In this document: piece by piece, positions 38,466 to 52,100 of the stretch
How positions within the stretch are numbered: position 1 is the first letter of the stretch
How the letters are laid out: every line of letters starts with the position of its first letter
Assembly (NCBI GenBank): GCA_046563655.1
Contig: CM102287.1
Location: 2,232,001-2,296,000 of the forward strand
DNA length: 64,000 nucleotides
Source: Yuukianura sp. NJ FZ-2021
Lineage: Eukaryota
Reading direction: 5' to 3'
Made by a program: the position numbers and the translations under genes
The notes under the pieces: model-generated
The model's input: the letters and a program-made list of their open reading frames with translations, nothing else
Told to the model about the DNA's origin: nothing
Databases searched by the model: none

Positions 38466-39187
38466 ATGAACTCTTCCAAAATCCTGTCCAGCATTGCGTC
38501 AGTCACATCCAGGACAGGGGTCACCTTGTCTCTGTTCCAACCACGCTCCAGCCCTGCCCAAGGACTCAAGGGTTGTCCCATCGCTTTTCCAAGGGCCTCG
38601 TCAACTGCCCTTCCCAATGGACAGAAACAGAGTCTGTTCCAGCGATTCAAGGCCATGTACAAAGACTACTGGTACGTCCTCGTCCCTGTCCACGTCGTCA
38701 CTTCCTTCGGTTGGATCGGAGGATTCTACTACGTCGTCTCCAGGTCACTCCATTCATTTCCATTCCATTCCATTTCCTATCTAACTTACTCTGTTCTTTT
38801 GGCTCTTTGCAGTGGGTTTGACCTAGCTCTGTACATGCGGAAGGTGGGTTTGAGTGAGTCTCTGGTGGACAAAGTGACCAAGTCGGGAGCTGGGAACCTC
38901 GCTGTGGCATACGCCCTCTACAAAATAGCAACTCCCGCAAGATACGCCGTCACACTAGGTATCCTCATTCCTTGTTTCTATTTATTCATTCTAATTTGGT
39001 TAAACTGTTTAATTAATTAGGTGGAACTACGATGGCAATCAACAGGCTCACGAAGTGGGGCTACATCCGACCAGCCAAGGAAATCTACTCTGCGAATAGA
39101 GAGAAACTCAAGTCATTTCACAAGAATTTGGGAGAGAAGCGGAGGGGCAAGTCCCGCCCGAAGGGATCAACACACGACTCCTCTTGA
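38466..39187 (+). CDS. FAM210A: FAM210 (DUF1279) mitochondrial membrane protein
   Basis: LFQRFKAMYKDYWYVLVPVHVVTS, AGNLAVAYALYKIATPARYAVTL|GGT; basic/Ser-rich presequence. Confidence 0.88.
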
Positions 39188-40187
39188 AACGTTACTCTGC
39201 GTGAGCCTTTAACTTAATTCGCAACTACCAACTACGTTACAAGTTTAGATTTACATGATACTGCTGAGATCTATCCAGGAAAAGACTTTGAAACCATTCG
39301 GTTGTTCCCGACAACACTCGACATCCTCTCTCTTTTCCAATCTCCTCATCCTGTCACTCACTGTTCCACTAATAATGTAATTAAATGGGCAGAGTCAGTA
39401 GAAACTGGACAGTTTTTTCCTTAGTAAAGTGATGATGAGATTGGAAGGAGTGGAGATGGACTGTTGTTCCTCGGATTTCGTGTTAACGTGAGGTTGCGTG
39501 CCGTCTTTTTGCCAAATAACGATCTATTGGTTTTTCCATTAGAAAAGGAAGGGTGATTTGTGGTGTTGGGAGTAATTGGATTTCCATCCTGCCAAGCATT
39601 GGGTGTTTCCCTTCTTTTGGTTGAAGGGACCCGCTTTAAGGGACTCAAGAAAGTAGGGATGTAGGGCTCTGTTGTGGAAGAGTAGGGTTGCTATGAGAAT
39701 TCCTGAGAGATGAAGGGCCCTTAAGTCCTCTCAGCTGTAAAGTGGGTGTCTGCGGAATTCCAAAGTGAGGCATAGATGAGATTTTGTTGTGAGGAGTGTG
39801 CTGGAGAGATGTTCTGGAGATGTTCCTCCCAAGTTGGAATGGAAAGAAGATGAAGGGAAGGAGGGAAGTTCCAGTTGCTCTCCCACCTTCCTTCCGACCA
39901 ATCCATTTCTGGTAACACGCAACCACTTTCTCTAATCAAACAACATCACTTTTCCTATCTTTCTCCTTTTCAGAGCCACGTCAACTCCTGGAACTTATTC
40001 CAATCAGACAGTTTCCAGCTGCACAGTGGACAACATGAAAGTGTGGCAAGAGCCTTGTGATCTGTGAAACCAAGTTCCAGTCTCTCTTCTGGACAACACT
40101 TTGTACAGGACGAAGAGTGATTGTAAGGAAGTTGGTGAATTGGAAGTGACATGACCCAGTTCCGTTCGTAGTGATTGCCATTGGAAG

Positions 40188-43100
40188 ATGGGCGAGAAGA
40201 AACTGTGTTGTGGCCGGAGGAAGCCGAAGATTTCACCCTCCGTCTCTGCACCACTTCATCTCATTCTCCAGGTGAGTCAATTCCTCAAACATTCCAAACA
40301 ATAGACATAGTATACTGGAGAGGATCCACTTCAGTTGGCTCACCTCCACACTTCAAAGTCTTACTTAAGTTCTGCAAACATCCCCCCTTTGCAAAGAAGG
40401 AATTAGCACGATTCACGAATTCACAATTTAGTCCCACAACCATCAATCACCTCCACACTTCAACTCCAACCACGACTCTTCCCACAGTAAACATCCAGTT
40501 CTTAATTAAGCTAACAATCCAAGGTCACTCCATGATGACATTTGAAGCACTTTCCAAGTATTTTGATTCTTTTTCTTTGTTGCAGACGCCGAGAGGAGCG
40601 TGCCACGACTGGAACAAGAGTGGTGGGTCCCACTTCAAAGTGTGCCAAGTGTGTCACCTCACCCTGGACGGCGGTGGGATTCGGTGCAAGGACTGCGGCC
40701 TCTGTGCCCACCCCCACTGTGCAGCAGCATTCCCACCACTCACCCCAAATCCATCTCTCCTCACTGGAACGACAGCCTCCATCCGCAGTTCATCCGTCCC
40801 ACCTTTTGAACCCAGGATCAAAAGACTCAAAGCCCCACCAAGTGGGCCAAGTGAGCACAGCCACCTCTCTTCATCCACCCCCATTCAAATCATCATCGTA
40901 AGCAACTTTTTAAAAAGTAGAGGTCAGGGCGTGTTTTGGTGGGTGGAAATGTGGGGAATTGTGTGGGGTGGGGAATACTAACCACTCTTAGATTCAACTG
41001 AATATAGACACAGTGGAGATGGGAAGTAGAGGTGGGAGTCATTCTTATCATAATCCACTTCACTTTTCGCACTTAACCTCCACTCAAATCAAATTCAGCT
41101 CTACTCTCAGTCTCCAGTCCAAACTTTTCTCTTTTTAATTAATTGAACGGCGTGGGAAACTCTTTAGTCTTAAGTTTTCCTATGGAATGGATCCCAACCA
41201 AATAGGAAGTGGGGAGTTTTGTGTGTGGGGTGGGAGGAGACATGTTTGGAGAGATTTATCATCCCACCTTGACCTCTCTGACCTCTGTGTAATGTCACAT
41301 TTACAAATAGTCACATATGCTCTGTCTAATTCCATGTTTGTTATTGCAGGATGAGGCAGTGGACTCACCACGATCTCAGCCCAAGTCACCTCCAATGACA
41401 GCTACACCGGGTAAGTCTCACTTCAATTGTGAAAGGAGGAAGGGAGAGCCTACTTGTGCCACTTGTTGGGGTCAACGCCACCCGCCCCCACCAACTCCAC
41501 GCATCCTCCGCTCTAGCATGGGGCAGCATACTCATCTCTCAAGAATGTGTGCAAGGGAACACGCATAGTCTCTGCCCCTCTTGCGCATCCCATCAAGGAG
41601 ACTCTCCCTTCCACTCTTGGCACAGATCACACAACTAAAAATAGTCTCATCTCCAGATCTTCACCCAGTCATCTCCTCAAAGGAACAGAGGCAGCCCACG
41701 AACAAACACAGCCTCACCTACGTGGATGGTCCAGTGGACGGAGCCCTCTACGCCCTCGTCAAGCCTAAGGGACCCTCTTCAGCTGACTCTGGCATCTCAG
41801 TCACCGTAAGTACTCCAACTTTAGCCCAATTACAACCACATTTACTCTCTTTGATCTGCCGATGTCCACTTTTCCCATTTGGCCAAATGTGGTTTAACCA
41901 CAAATCACAATTCCACTTTTTACGTCTCCCACTCCAACTTTTGTTCTAAAAACATCCCCCAAAACTGGATTTTATTCCCACTTAAGAGCAGGTTTCCATG
42001 CTCAATTTAACAGTTCCAGTCAACCTCCCTCCAAGGACACACGCAAATCAAAATGGAAACATCTCTCGTAAAGTCCCCACATTAACAAATAGGAAAGTGT
42101 TGGATCTACTAACTAACAATGTGTGTTTTGTTTCAGGTGGATCAGATGAAGGACTTGGATCGTCTGCTGGATGCTTTGGTGGAGGATGCAGAGTCAATCC
42201 CCGATATTCCCTACCATGCCAGACAAGACTCTCTGCCTTTTTCCTACGGAATCACTCACCAAAACGCCCTCAATCGTAAACCTTTGACCCACCAACCGGA
42301 GAGATTCGAATCCAAAAGACAGGAGTGGACAGCCACCAGACAGGAGCAAACGCCACACTTTGACTCCACTCCAGTCTACGCCAGATCCAAGTCAGACGAC
42401 GGATGGAGAACACCACTCCAACAAAGAGACACTTCTTCCCCACCGCACTACGCAACTGTGACCTCCTCCATGGAAACGAGCCCTTTGTTCCACTCTCCCG
42501 AACCCTTCCGAACACAAAACGTCAACTTCACATCCACTCCCATCCAGCATACAATCCCCACAACCACAACTCGTCCTCAAACGAACGGCCAACAAAGACT
42601 TCGTTCAGCCTCCGCCGACGGAAGGAGAAGTGAAGACGCAGACGCATGGCTCAAACGACAAATGGACAAACTACACGAGAAACGACTCGCCAAAAACCAA
42701 TCGTAAGCAAATCCTTCTCCAAACGATTCCTTTCCTTTCACTCTGCCACTTTTTTGCGAGAGAGTGTCGCTAAACGTGAAATTGGCTCGTGCCCAACAAC
42801 CAGCTCATTAGTCTTAACCCGGAAACTCCCACTAAATAATTTCAACTTTTGTTTTTGCAGGAAGAGGAACGAGTGGTTGGAGGAGTTGAAGAGAACTTTT
42901 CCTCCCCAGTCCAGACAACCCAGTGAAGAAGTGAATCGAGTCTCTGAACCGCAACAAACGGAGTGTGTTCGCCCTTCCTCAGTCGCCAGAGTGTACTCCC
43001 GATCAACAGCATCCACCCCCGCCTTCTTCTCCTCCGACGACGAGGACTTTGACACGGAAGTGGAAACTGCCTACAACGAAGGCCCCCCTTCCTTCTACGG

Positions 43101-44728
43101 CTCCAGCGGAAGAGGGCTCGGCTATTCTCGGAAACTGGAACGAGTTCACTCGGACACTGCCTTTGATCGCATGAGATCAAGTGAACAAAGCACTGGCAAC
43201 TACTCCACGATTGGAAGCAGAAGCAGTGGAAGCGACTTGCAGAGAAACACGCCGCGATTCCCCACTTGCCCACCCACCCCCTACCTCAACAGACCCAATT
43301 CCCCAGCAAAACCCCCCAGAAGCCCCAAATCCACACACAGAACAATCCTCACCACTTCTACGCCATCCACCCCAACAGCCAACTCGTGAGTCACTTTGAC
43401 TTTCACTTTAGTCTTCAAACCATTTGTAATAGATTAATTTAAATTTAATTTTATATATCATTATTATTGTTACAATAATAATAAGTAATTTATATAATTT
43501 ATGATTGATTTCATTTGTTTTTCCAGGGGAGAGGGCGACTGGACGACATGGAGAGAAGAACCCAAAAGTCAAAATGTCAATCCACGTCCCGTCTTTGTGG
43601 TTGAGAGCGAGGTCAAGTTCGCCCGTGACCTGTCTTGTTTCTGGTACAAGCCGAATGCTTCCCGGGAAGAGACGATTGGTGCCCTTCGGTTCCAAGGGCC
43701 CGGTGCCTTTGTGCTCAGAAACTCCAACTCCTTTCCTGGTGCTTTTGGATTGGCCATCAAAGTGGATGCCAGAGGAAGTGCAGAGGAGACTGTGAGACAC
43801 TTTCTCATTGAACCCACCAAGTACGGCGTCCGTCTCCGAGGATCCGCCATCGAACCAGTCTTCAGTCAGACATTTCACTTCCATTTTAGTTTGATTGTGG
43901 TTTGACTTTGTTTTTTGCTAGGTTCTCTCTCTGCCTTGGTCTACGCACACTCCATCGAACCACTGGCTCTCCCCACCACTCTCTCGCTACCCTCATCCGT
44001 AACATTCACTTAATCACAATCTATTGAGGATTCCAAGTACTTGAGTGTTGTTTTTACAGGATTGTGTGCTGCCGGAGACTCAGTCAGAGTCCACAACTGC
44101 CCATTTGCTTAACCAGGGAGCAGGTGAAACACAACTAACTTTTAAACAGGTCTAAATGACTCATTTATTAAATTAATTCAAAATATGTGAAATGTTTGTA
44201 TGATTTGGCAGCATGTCAACTGTTGTTCCTGGGTCTGAGTGGCGTTGAGTGTGTGACTGGGGAAGACGCAGTGAGCAGAGGAGTCAAGTCAGTCATCGGC
44301 CTCCAAACACCCACCGTTGTCTCGCTTCGCCTGGCCAAACAAGGCCTCACTCTCACCGACGTCTTCAGACAAAGGTCACCTTCAATTTCTACAATTACTC
44401 TCCCATTTACATCAGTTGATGTTCAATTGTTCAACTATCCAGGTTCTTCAGACTCCACTTCCCACTGGCTGGGATTTCCTACGCTGCTCTCGACCCAGAG
44501 AGACGCACAATCACTTACGACGCATCTAAACGCAGGATTTTTGGAGTCATCGTAAGGAACATTCCGAAGTTAAACACTTCTCTATTCTCAAAATTGAAAT
44601 TCATTTAGGCAAGAAGTCCGACGGGAGATCAGAATTCTTGCGTTGTGCTGGCAGAGCTTGAAGATGGTCAACCTGCAAACGCCATCGTGTCCTTTTTCCA
44701 AAGGGTCATCGCATGGAACGCCAATTGA
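40188..44728 (+). CDS. Tensin-like protein (C1-like, SH2, PTB); start inferred
   Basis: C1-like HDW...CQVC...CKDCGLCAHPHC; DIPYHARQDSLPFSYG; SH2 FWYKPNASREE...GAFVLRNSNSFPGAFGLAIKV...HFLIE; PTB ending ELEDGQPANAIVSF. Confidence 0.8.
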
Positions 44729-44984
44729 CAAACACAAACTAAAAAGTACTGCATTAAACCTTAAGCCGCCTCACAATCACAACTCAAATATGTTGCGGAG
44801 TTGATTTATTTCCATTGAGAACACAAGGAGAAGCTGCTCAAAAGTGAGTGTAGAGATGCGTATTTTAGACGTAGTGAGATGAAAGCAAGATGCTAAAACT
44901 TAAAAACCTTAAACTTACAACTAAAAAGCTCAACGTTTGTACAAGTAGCATGGCACATCTATTTCTAAGTGACTGGTGGAATGT

Positions 44985-47548
44985 CTACGTCTTCTCCTCG
45001 ACACTCCTTGCTCTTCCGAAAGAAGCAAGGACACTTTTGAATGCACTTGCGAGATGAGTCCCCGTCTTCGTGGACGGAGTTCCAGAGGAGACTGTTGGTT
45101 CAGTGCACTGCGCCTCTTCGGAGGGATGGGCGTGGTGAGCATCAAGGCATTTCTGATATCGCAGCACACAAGCTGCCTCGATCGCTTTCGCTAAAAACAA
45201 AGCAACAGTTAGAAAAAGATCAAGAAAAGTAGGAGTGGACTTGCCTAGTGCAGCGGTGCTTGGAGTGGAGTAGAACGCATGTGCCTGGAAAGGAAAAAGA
45301 GTGAGAATTCCAGCTGAAATTGAATTCCAAGTGAAAGATGTAACCTGGAAGTCGTCTTTGGCGGTGTGGACGATCACTCCGCATGTCTCCACGTCTCTTC
45401 CGATCCCCATGAATGACAAGTACCTCACTCTGATTTCAATGTCAACCTTCGCACTCTGCTCGTCTGAACAGGAAATTACCACAACTGAAGGAGCAACGGA
45501 AATGTTCACTCTGCAATCATCAAAACCAACGCTGCAATTTCCATCTCAAAACAAAAGTTAAAAGTCGCTGCTTACGGAATAGGTTCATTTTCTCTCAGCG
45601 TATCTGAAACAGGCATTAGAATTTACAACTTTTGAATTTAAACAAATTCTTAAAATTAGTTGTAAATTAAAATGAAAACACTGAATTCTGAGTAAGAACC
45701 GATTGTTTTGTTACCGATGGCTGCGTTGAGAGTGTCCATTCCTGTGGGTTTGGAGACTGTCGTTGACCCAAAGTAGGAAGCCTTGATCACTTTCCTTGGT
45801 TCGTCCATTGGGGTGGGGAAGAAGGCGGCAGCAGCAGAGGCCCCACCGCCTCTTGTTCGAATGCTGGTGGGCAGAGTGGTGGGTCTCTTCTGCTTCTGCT
45901 GTCGCTCCATCATGATCTTCTTACAAGCATCTCGCAAAGCAGACGCCAGAGGTCGAGCACTCATCTCCAATCTGAAATCCAAACAAAATTTAATTATCAT
46001 TTTCATTAGGAGGATTCAAAGATGAACCACCCAATAATTGTGTAAATGAGTAAGTGACCTGAAGACGTGACACAGGAACTGACGTGTTGTTTTCTCTCTG
46101 CTCACATAAGCAAAGTCCCTGGGGTCATCTCTGCCCACTCCCCACACTCGAATGGAGTGGATTGCCTGCTCTCCAACGACAATGTCACGGTCTTTGGTAC
46201 GCAGACGCAAATGGGCATCATCCAACTCCAAATACAACTCAGACCCCCCGCCCCAGATTCGCCCTGCAACCTCCAATCTAAAACACAAAAATCCTCTTGT
46301 CAATTCATCACGAAATTTACACAAGTTCTAATAGAAATAGAAACTGTAAAGTTTAGTGAAATTGGAAAGTGTTGCCACTCACCCGCATGAACTCATTCCT
46401 TTTCCGAACCCTTGCGTCGTCAGTTCTGCAATGACTTTGGAAACTGCTCTGGAACTTCTCTCTGGCGTCAGATTCTCCTCTGAAATGCTGAGAGAACCCA
46501 GGGAAACTCCACCGAATCGCAAATGCGTGTCGTCGGAAACCCGGGAATCATCTTGTGACAGAAACTGAGACCACGAACGACGCTTCTCCCCTCGCTCACC
46601 GTCACCCTGTCCCTTCTCTCTCGAAAAAGCATCAGCCTCACTCCTTCCCACGCTCTCGTTCTTCACTCCTGGAAAAATGGTGGAGGGCGCTGGAGAGAAG
46701 GAGGAAGAGGAAGAGAGTTGGGATGAAATGGTCTGTGATCTTCTGAACACTGGGTTGAGAGATGAAGTAGAGTTGAGAGATCCAGGAATCAAAAGTGCTG
46801 GATTGGCAGAGGATCCTTCCAGTCGCTGGTCTGAAGTGGGTGGATCTCTCTGGATGGTGCCTGACTTGATGTGCCAGTAGTAAGGCCCACTTCCATCCTC
46901 GTGTCGCTCCCACCCTGGTGGCAAAACGCTGTCTGAACTTCCACTTCTGGCTCGTTCTTGGTCTTGTCTGTTGGGTGGCTGGAACTGCTGGATTTCCTGA
47001 GGGGAGACTGTGCAGTTGTTGTTGACTTGGTCATCGGGAGACAGGAAAAGCAGTGGTTCATTCACTCCCATTTCAGACGGAGAAAGTGCGGCGTAGTAGA
47101 AACGACGAGGTTGACTTTCTGTCGCCTGACGACTGGAGCTGTCATAATTTGGATTCCGAAATCCAGCACTACTCCCACCCTCCACAGCCGAAGTTCCAAA
47201 TGTTGTTTTGATGGAAAGCAAACTCTCCTCTTCTCCCTACATCCAATGACAAACCATTAAATGATTCAAAATAATGAAACGAGGAATGTAAAATAATTTG
47301 GTAGGAGTAAGGCTGACCTCTCTTTCTGAAGACATGTCTGAATCCGAGTCTTCTTCATTTCCTTTGGTGGCTGCCATGACACTTGTCTTGGGTTTCCACT
47401 GTTTGGACCCTTCGTCCCATCGAAACTCCTTGCCAGTTGCAGGGTCCTTGTACGTGTACACTCCGTCCACGTAGGAGCAGTACAGTGGGTTACCCACTTC
47501 GCTCTTCTCAGAACTCACGTCCACTTTCTCCTCTTCAGGGTCAAGCAT
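44985..47548 (-). CDS. APBB: Fe65/APBB adaptor (WW, PTB1, PTB2) with an atypical first exon
   Basis: LPPGWERHEDGSGPYYWHIKSGTIQRDPP; IRVWGVGRDDPRDFAYV; RVRYLSFMGIGRD; AIEAACVLRYQKCLDA. Confidence 0.92.
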
Positions 47549-49113
47549 TTAACGGAAGGACCAAGATGAAGGATCAAGAAACCAAGCTCCAACTCTTCCT
47601 CTTCAATTCTCTCTCATCAGAACGCCATAGTTATAGCACTGTCCATCGACACTGGACCTAACAGGAAAAGACATCCATCAATCAACTACTCCGATTAATC
47701 ATGATAGAATGGATGAGTACTTACCCGATGAATCTTCACAAATCACAAGTGAACAAGCGATTGATCCTAGAGACAGAGAGTGTCGATTGTTTGACAGAGC
47801 AAGTGAAGGTCAATTAATTGATTCCATGACTCACTTTCCCCATAAACAACGCAGGGAATTTCCCAAGAATCCGAATCCCCTGACCCCGAATGACCCCGAA
47901 TCCGAATGTCACCGCATTCGGTTTTGTCCATCCAAGCGTCCTGCAAAGTGCCATTGGCAAATCGCAATTCCATTTCTCCACTTTTATTGTTTTCCTTTTC
48001 CTTTGTAAATTAAAAACAATCGGCAACTAATTGATTAATCATTGCTATCAAACCAAGTCAATTACTCCATTTACATCTTTAAAATAGTCACACTTTCAAT
48101 TAATTCACTAATTAAAATTAACGTTATAAAGTCAGGTTTTTGCAATTGCTTTTTGCGGCTGTTGCATTTGCCAAACATTTCACAGGAAAGTGCAATTGAA
48201 ACATTTTTTGCGTTGTGCTATAGCACACGGTTTCTTCCTCTTTTCACTTCTGTCCCAGAGATGGGCAGACAATTTTATAAATCCTATGTAGCGTATATTG
48301 TTAACCTTGTGTTTACAATTAATACTTATCCAAAACCTAATTAACAGTTTAACGTTTATTAATGCATTTTAGTCGTTTTTGTGGTTTTGCTTTTGTTATG
48401 AAGTTGTGTGTAAGTTCGAAATGAAAATCAAGGAGTTCCCAAAGTGAGGTGGCGAAGAATGAAAAAGTAGATTGTGTGTGTCCTTTGGTTGCACTCAAAA
48501 ATTAAGCAATTCCCAGTGCAAATGGAGCACATTACAGAAACAGTTTGGAAGGAGATACACTAATTTTCAGATAAAAAGCTTCAAATTGTGGCGACAGCTT
48601 CGGCAGTTGACATCAGTGGAATAGTGCTACTACTTCCATATTTCGAAAGTATGAATCCTAGTGTTGCGTGCATGAAATATCGACCTTTCCGAACGAAACT
48701 CCAATCAGTCGGTTTAGTTTCGTCGGTTCGTCTTTTTGTCGACTGTCTTTTGTTCGTCATTTGAGCCCTGTCATTCGTCCGGTGAGCATCTCTCTTCCAC
48801 TAATCAGCCAGTCATTTTAGTCAACGAAACAACTAACGTCTTCGGAAGGTCAAGGTCAACTCTTGTCTTTTGTTTTCACTTCTGGTCCCTCAAGCGCCCA
48901 GGAAGCAGCGTAGGTAAAGACACATCCACATCCTCTGTGACCAACAAGTGGCCACTCTTCCTCCGTTCATTGTCACCCTCCTCTGTTCCTTAGAGTGCCC
49001 TGTCACTCACCATCTACCTCTCCTTCTTCCTTCAGTAAGCACACTATCCCATTCATCCCAATTATGCACCAACTTACATGTTCTTTGTGTATTCCAGTCG
49101 AGTCTTCGCGTCC

Positions 49114-52100
49114 ATGTCCAGTGTGGCCTCCAAGCCTGTTGTCTCTCCGCCAGCCAAGAAACCCAAGTTGTCGAGTGGAGTTGAAGGGACAGCAGGAAGC
49201 GGAGCCCCTCCTCAGCAGTACTACTCGTCCGGTGACTCCACTCCAATGGACACCACTGAAGTCAATGGGGGTGGGAATGGGGTGGACCATCTCAATGGAT
49301 CCTCCATCGATGAAGGCCTCTACTCTCGTCAACTCTATGTCCTCGGAGCAGATGCCATGCGCAAAATGGCACATACAAACATCCTCATCTCGGGACTCGG
49401 AGGACTCGGCGTAGAAATTGCTAAAAACGTCTGCCTCGGTAAGCATCAGGCAGTTCAAAACGTTTCTTTTGATAGATTCGGATTTTGATTTGAATTTGTT
49501 TGTTTCAGGCGGTATGAAATCCGTGACTCTTCAAGATACAGCGACCACTTCCTATAGTGATCTGAGCAGCCAATTCTACTTGAATGAGGAGCACATTGGG
49601 CAGAATCGTGCTCTGGTTAGTCGAGATCAATTGGCCCAGTTGAATCCGTATGTCAATGTCACCGCCATCACAGACCCACTTACGACGGAACTCATCCAGA
49701 AGTTCCATATCGTCGTGGTGACGGATCGAGTTGGGACTGAAGCTGCACTGTGTGAGTTGTCTTCCTTTTGTCACGAGAGGAAGATCGCTTTCATCTTGGC
49801 CGAAACTCGCGGCGTGTTTTCTCGCTTGTTCTGTGACTTTGGAGAGGGATTTGTGGTCAATGACTCCAACGGGGAACCACCAATTACAGCATTGGTTGCC
49901 AGTGTGACGCAAGACACGAATGGACTCGTCACTTGTCTCGATGAAGCTCGCCATGGACTGGAAGACGGGGACTTTGTGACGTTCACTGAAGTGGTCGGCA
50001 TGGAAGAGTTGAACGGATGTGAACCAATGGAAGTCAAAGTGAAGGGCCCCTTCACTTTCACTATCGGAGACACTTCAGGTATGCACGCACTTGCAATGGA
50101 ATTATAGACAGTTTTACAATTTGTTTCTTTGTGAATGCAGGGTTCAAGGCTTATGAAAGTGCTGGGACGGTGGTGCAAGTGAAGAGACCGCTTGTAGTGG
50201 ATTTCCAGTCTTTTGAAGCGTCTCTTCGTGAACCTGAAGTTGTTTACAACGATTTTGCCAAGTTGGATCACTCGAATCAGCTTCACTGTGGCTTCCGTGC
50301 CCTGGATCGGTTTGTGGCTGAGAATGGGCGACTGCCTAAGCCCTGGAACGAGGAGGATGCAGCAGTGGTTGTGAAGCTGGCGAAGGACATAAGCGCCACT
50401 CTCAAGAACCCCCTGGAGGAGGTGGATGAAAAGTTGCTGAAACTCTTTTCCTTTGTGAGTGCTGGAAATCTTTGTCCGATGAATGCTTTCCTCGGAGGCG
50501 TGGCTGGTCAGGAAGTGATGAAAGCTTCCACTGGAAAGTTCCACCCCATCAAGCAGTGGTTGTATTTCGACGCCACCGAGTGTCTCCCACAGTTCAAAGC
50601 TGACCCAGCGCCACAAGTCGACGAGGTAAAGCCAAATATAAGATAAACAAAGAATTATTAAACTTTCAAAAGAAGTTGTGAACTTAATTTGTGATTTTAA
50701 TTTGTTTGATTTTGTAGAGTAACTTTGCGCCAGAGAATAATCGATATGATGGTCAAGTGGCTGTGTTTGGAAAGGATTTCCAAAAAGTGCTGGGGAATCT
50801 AAAGTACTTTGTAGTTGGAGCAGGGGCAATTGGTAAGCATTTACTTTGTTAATTTGAAATGGAAAATGTTGACCTTGTATTTTTTGCAGGATGTGAGTTG
50901 TTGAAGAACTATGCTATGATGGGATTGGGAGGAGGAGAGAGTGGAGAAGTCATCGTGACAGACATGGATTTGATTGAGCGATCCAACTTGAATCGTCAGT
51001 TCCTGTTCCGAAACGATGATGTTGGGAAGTACAAGTCCACATGTGCTGCTGCAGCAGTCAAGAAAATGAACGACAAGCTGAATATCGTGTCCCATCAGAA
51101 CTTTGTAGGTCCACGAACTGAGAACATTTACACGGACGAGTTCTTTGAGCGTCTGGATGGCGTTACGAATGCCCTGGACAACGTCGAGGCCAGAATCTAC
51201 ATGGACCGTCGCTGTGTCTACTATCGCAAACCACTTCTGGAATCTGGGACTTTGGGCACCAAGGGAAACACGCAGGTCGTCCTTCCATACTTGACTGAAA
51301 GCTACTCTTCTTCTCAGGTCACTCCAACATGCATTTACTCTTACTAAATCTGACTTACAACCAACTAAAAAGTTTGATTTTTGTGTTCCCAGGATCCTCC
51401 AGAGAAGCAGATTCCTATTTGCACTTTGAAGAACTTCCCCAACGCCATTGAGCATACGCTGCAATGGGCAAGAGATCTCTTCCAAGGTGTCTTTTGCGAC
51501 GCTGCAAAGTGTGCTGCTGATTATCTCAGCGATCCAAAGTAACTACTAAAATTGAAACTTTTGATGAACTTTGTTAATTTTGGATCCAATTTTACATTAT
51601 TTTGTTGTTATTTTTGTAGCTATGTTGCGAATACGTTGAAGAAGCCAGGAGCACAACCAGTGGCTGACTTGGAGGCGGTGAAACGGTGTTTGGTGGATGA
51701 GCGACCTAAGACGATTGAGGATTGTGTGAAGTGGGCTCGTCTTCTGTGGGAAGACAACTTCAACAACCAAATCCAGCAGTTGCTCTTCAACTTCCCACCG
51801 AATCAGACGACGAGTTCAGGCCAACTCTTCTGGTCTCCGCCGAAGCGATGTCCAACTCCACTCTCATTCAGCACTCTCCTTTCCAATCCCTGCTCGGAGG
51901 ACTTTGTGTTTGCTGCAGCTAATCTCAGGGCAGAGATGTACGGAATCAAACAAGTGAGGGACTTTCCCACCATTGCACAAATGGCTAGGGCAGTCCAGGT
52001 CAGTTCAAAATTCAGTTCTGTAATTAGTGTTTTAGTCTTTTCAATCGCTTAACTTTTTTCTGAACAATTCCAGGTTCCTGAATTTAAACCGAAAAGTGGG

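Noticed and set aside
49771..51485. 352-aa and 214-aa minus-strand ORFs
   Set aside because: Antisense to UBA1 exons with no recognisable motifs.
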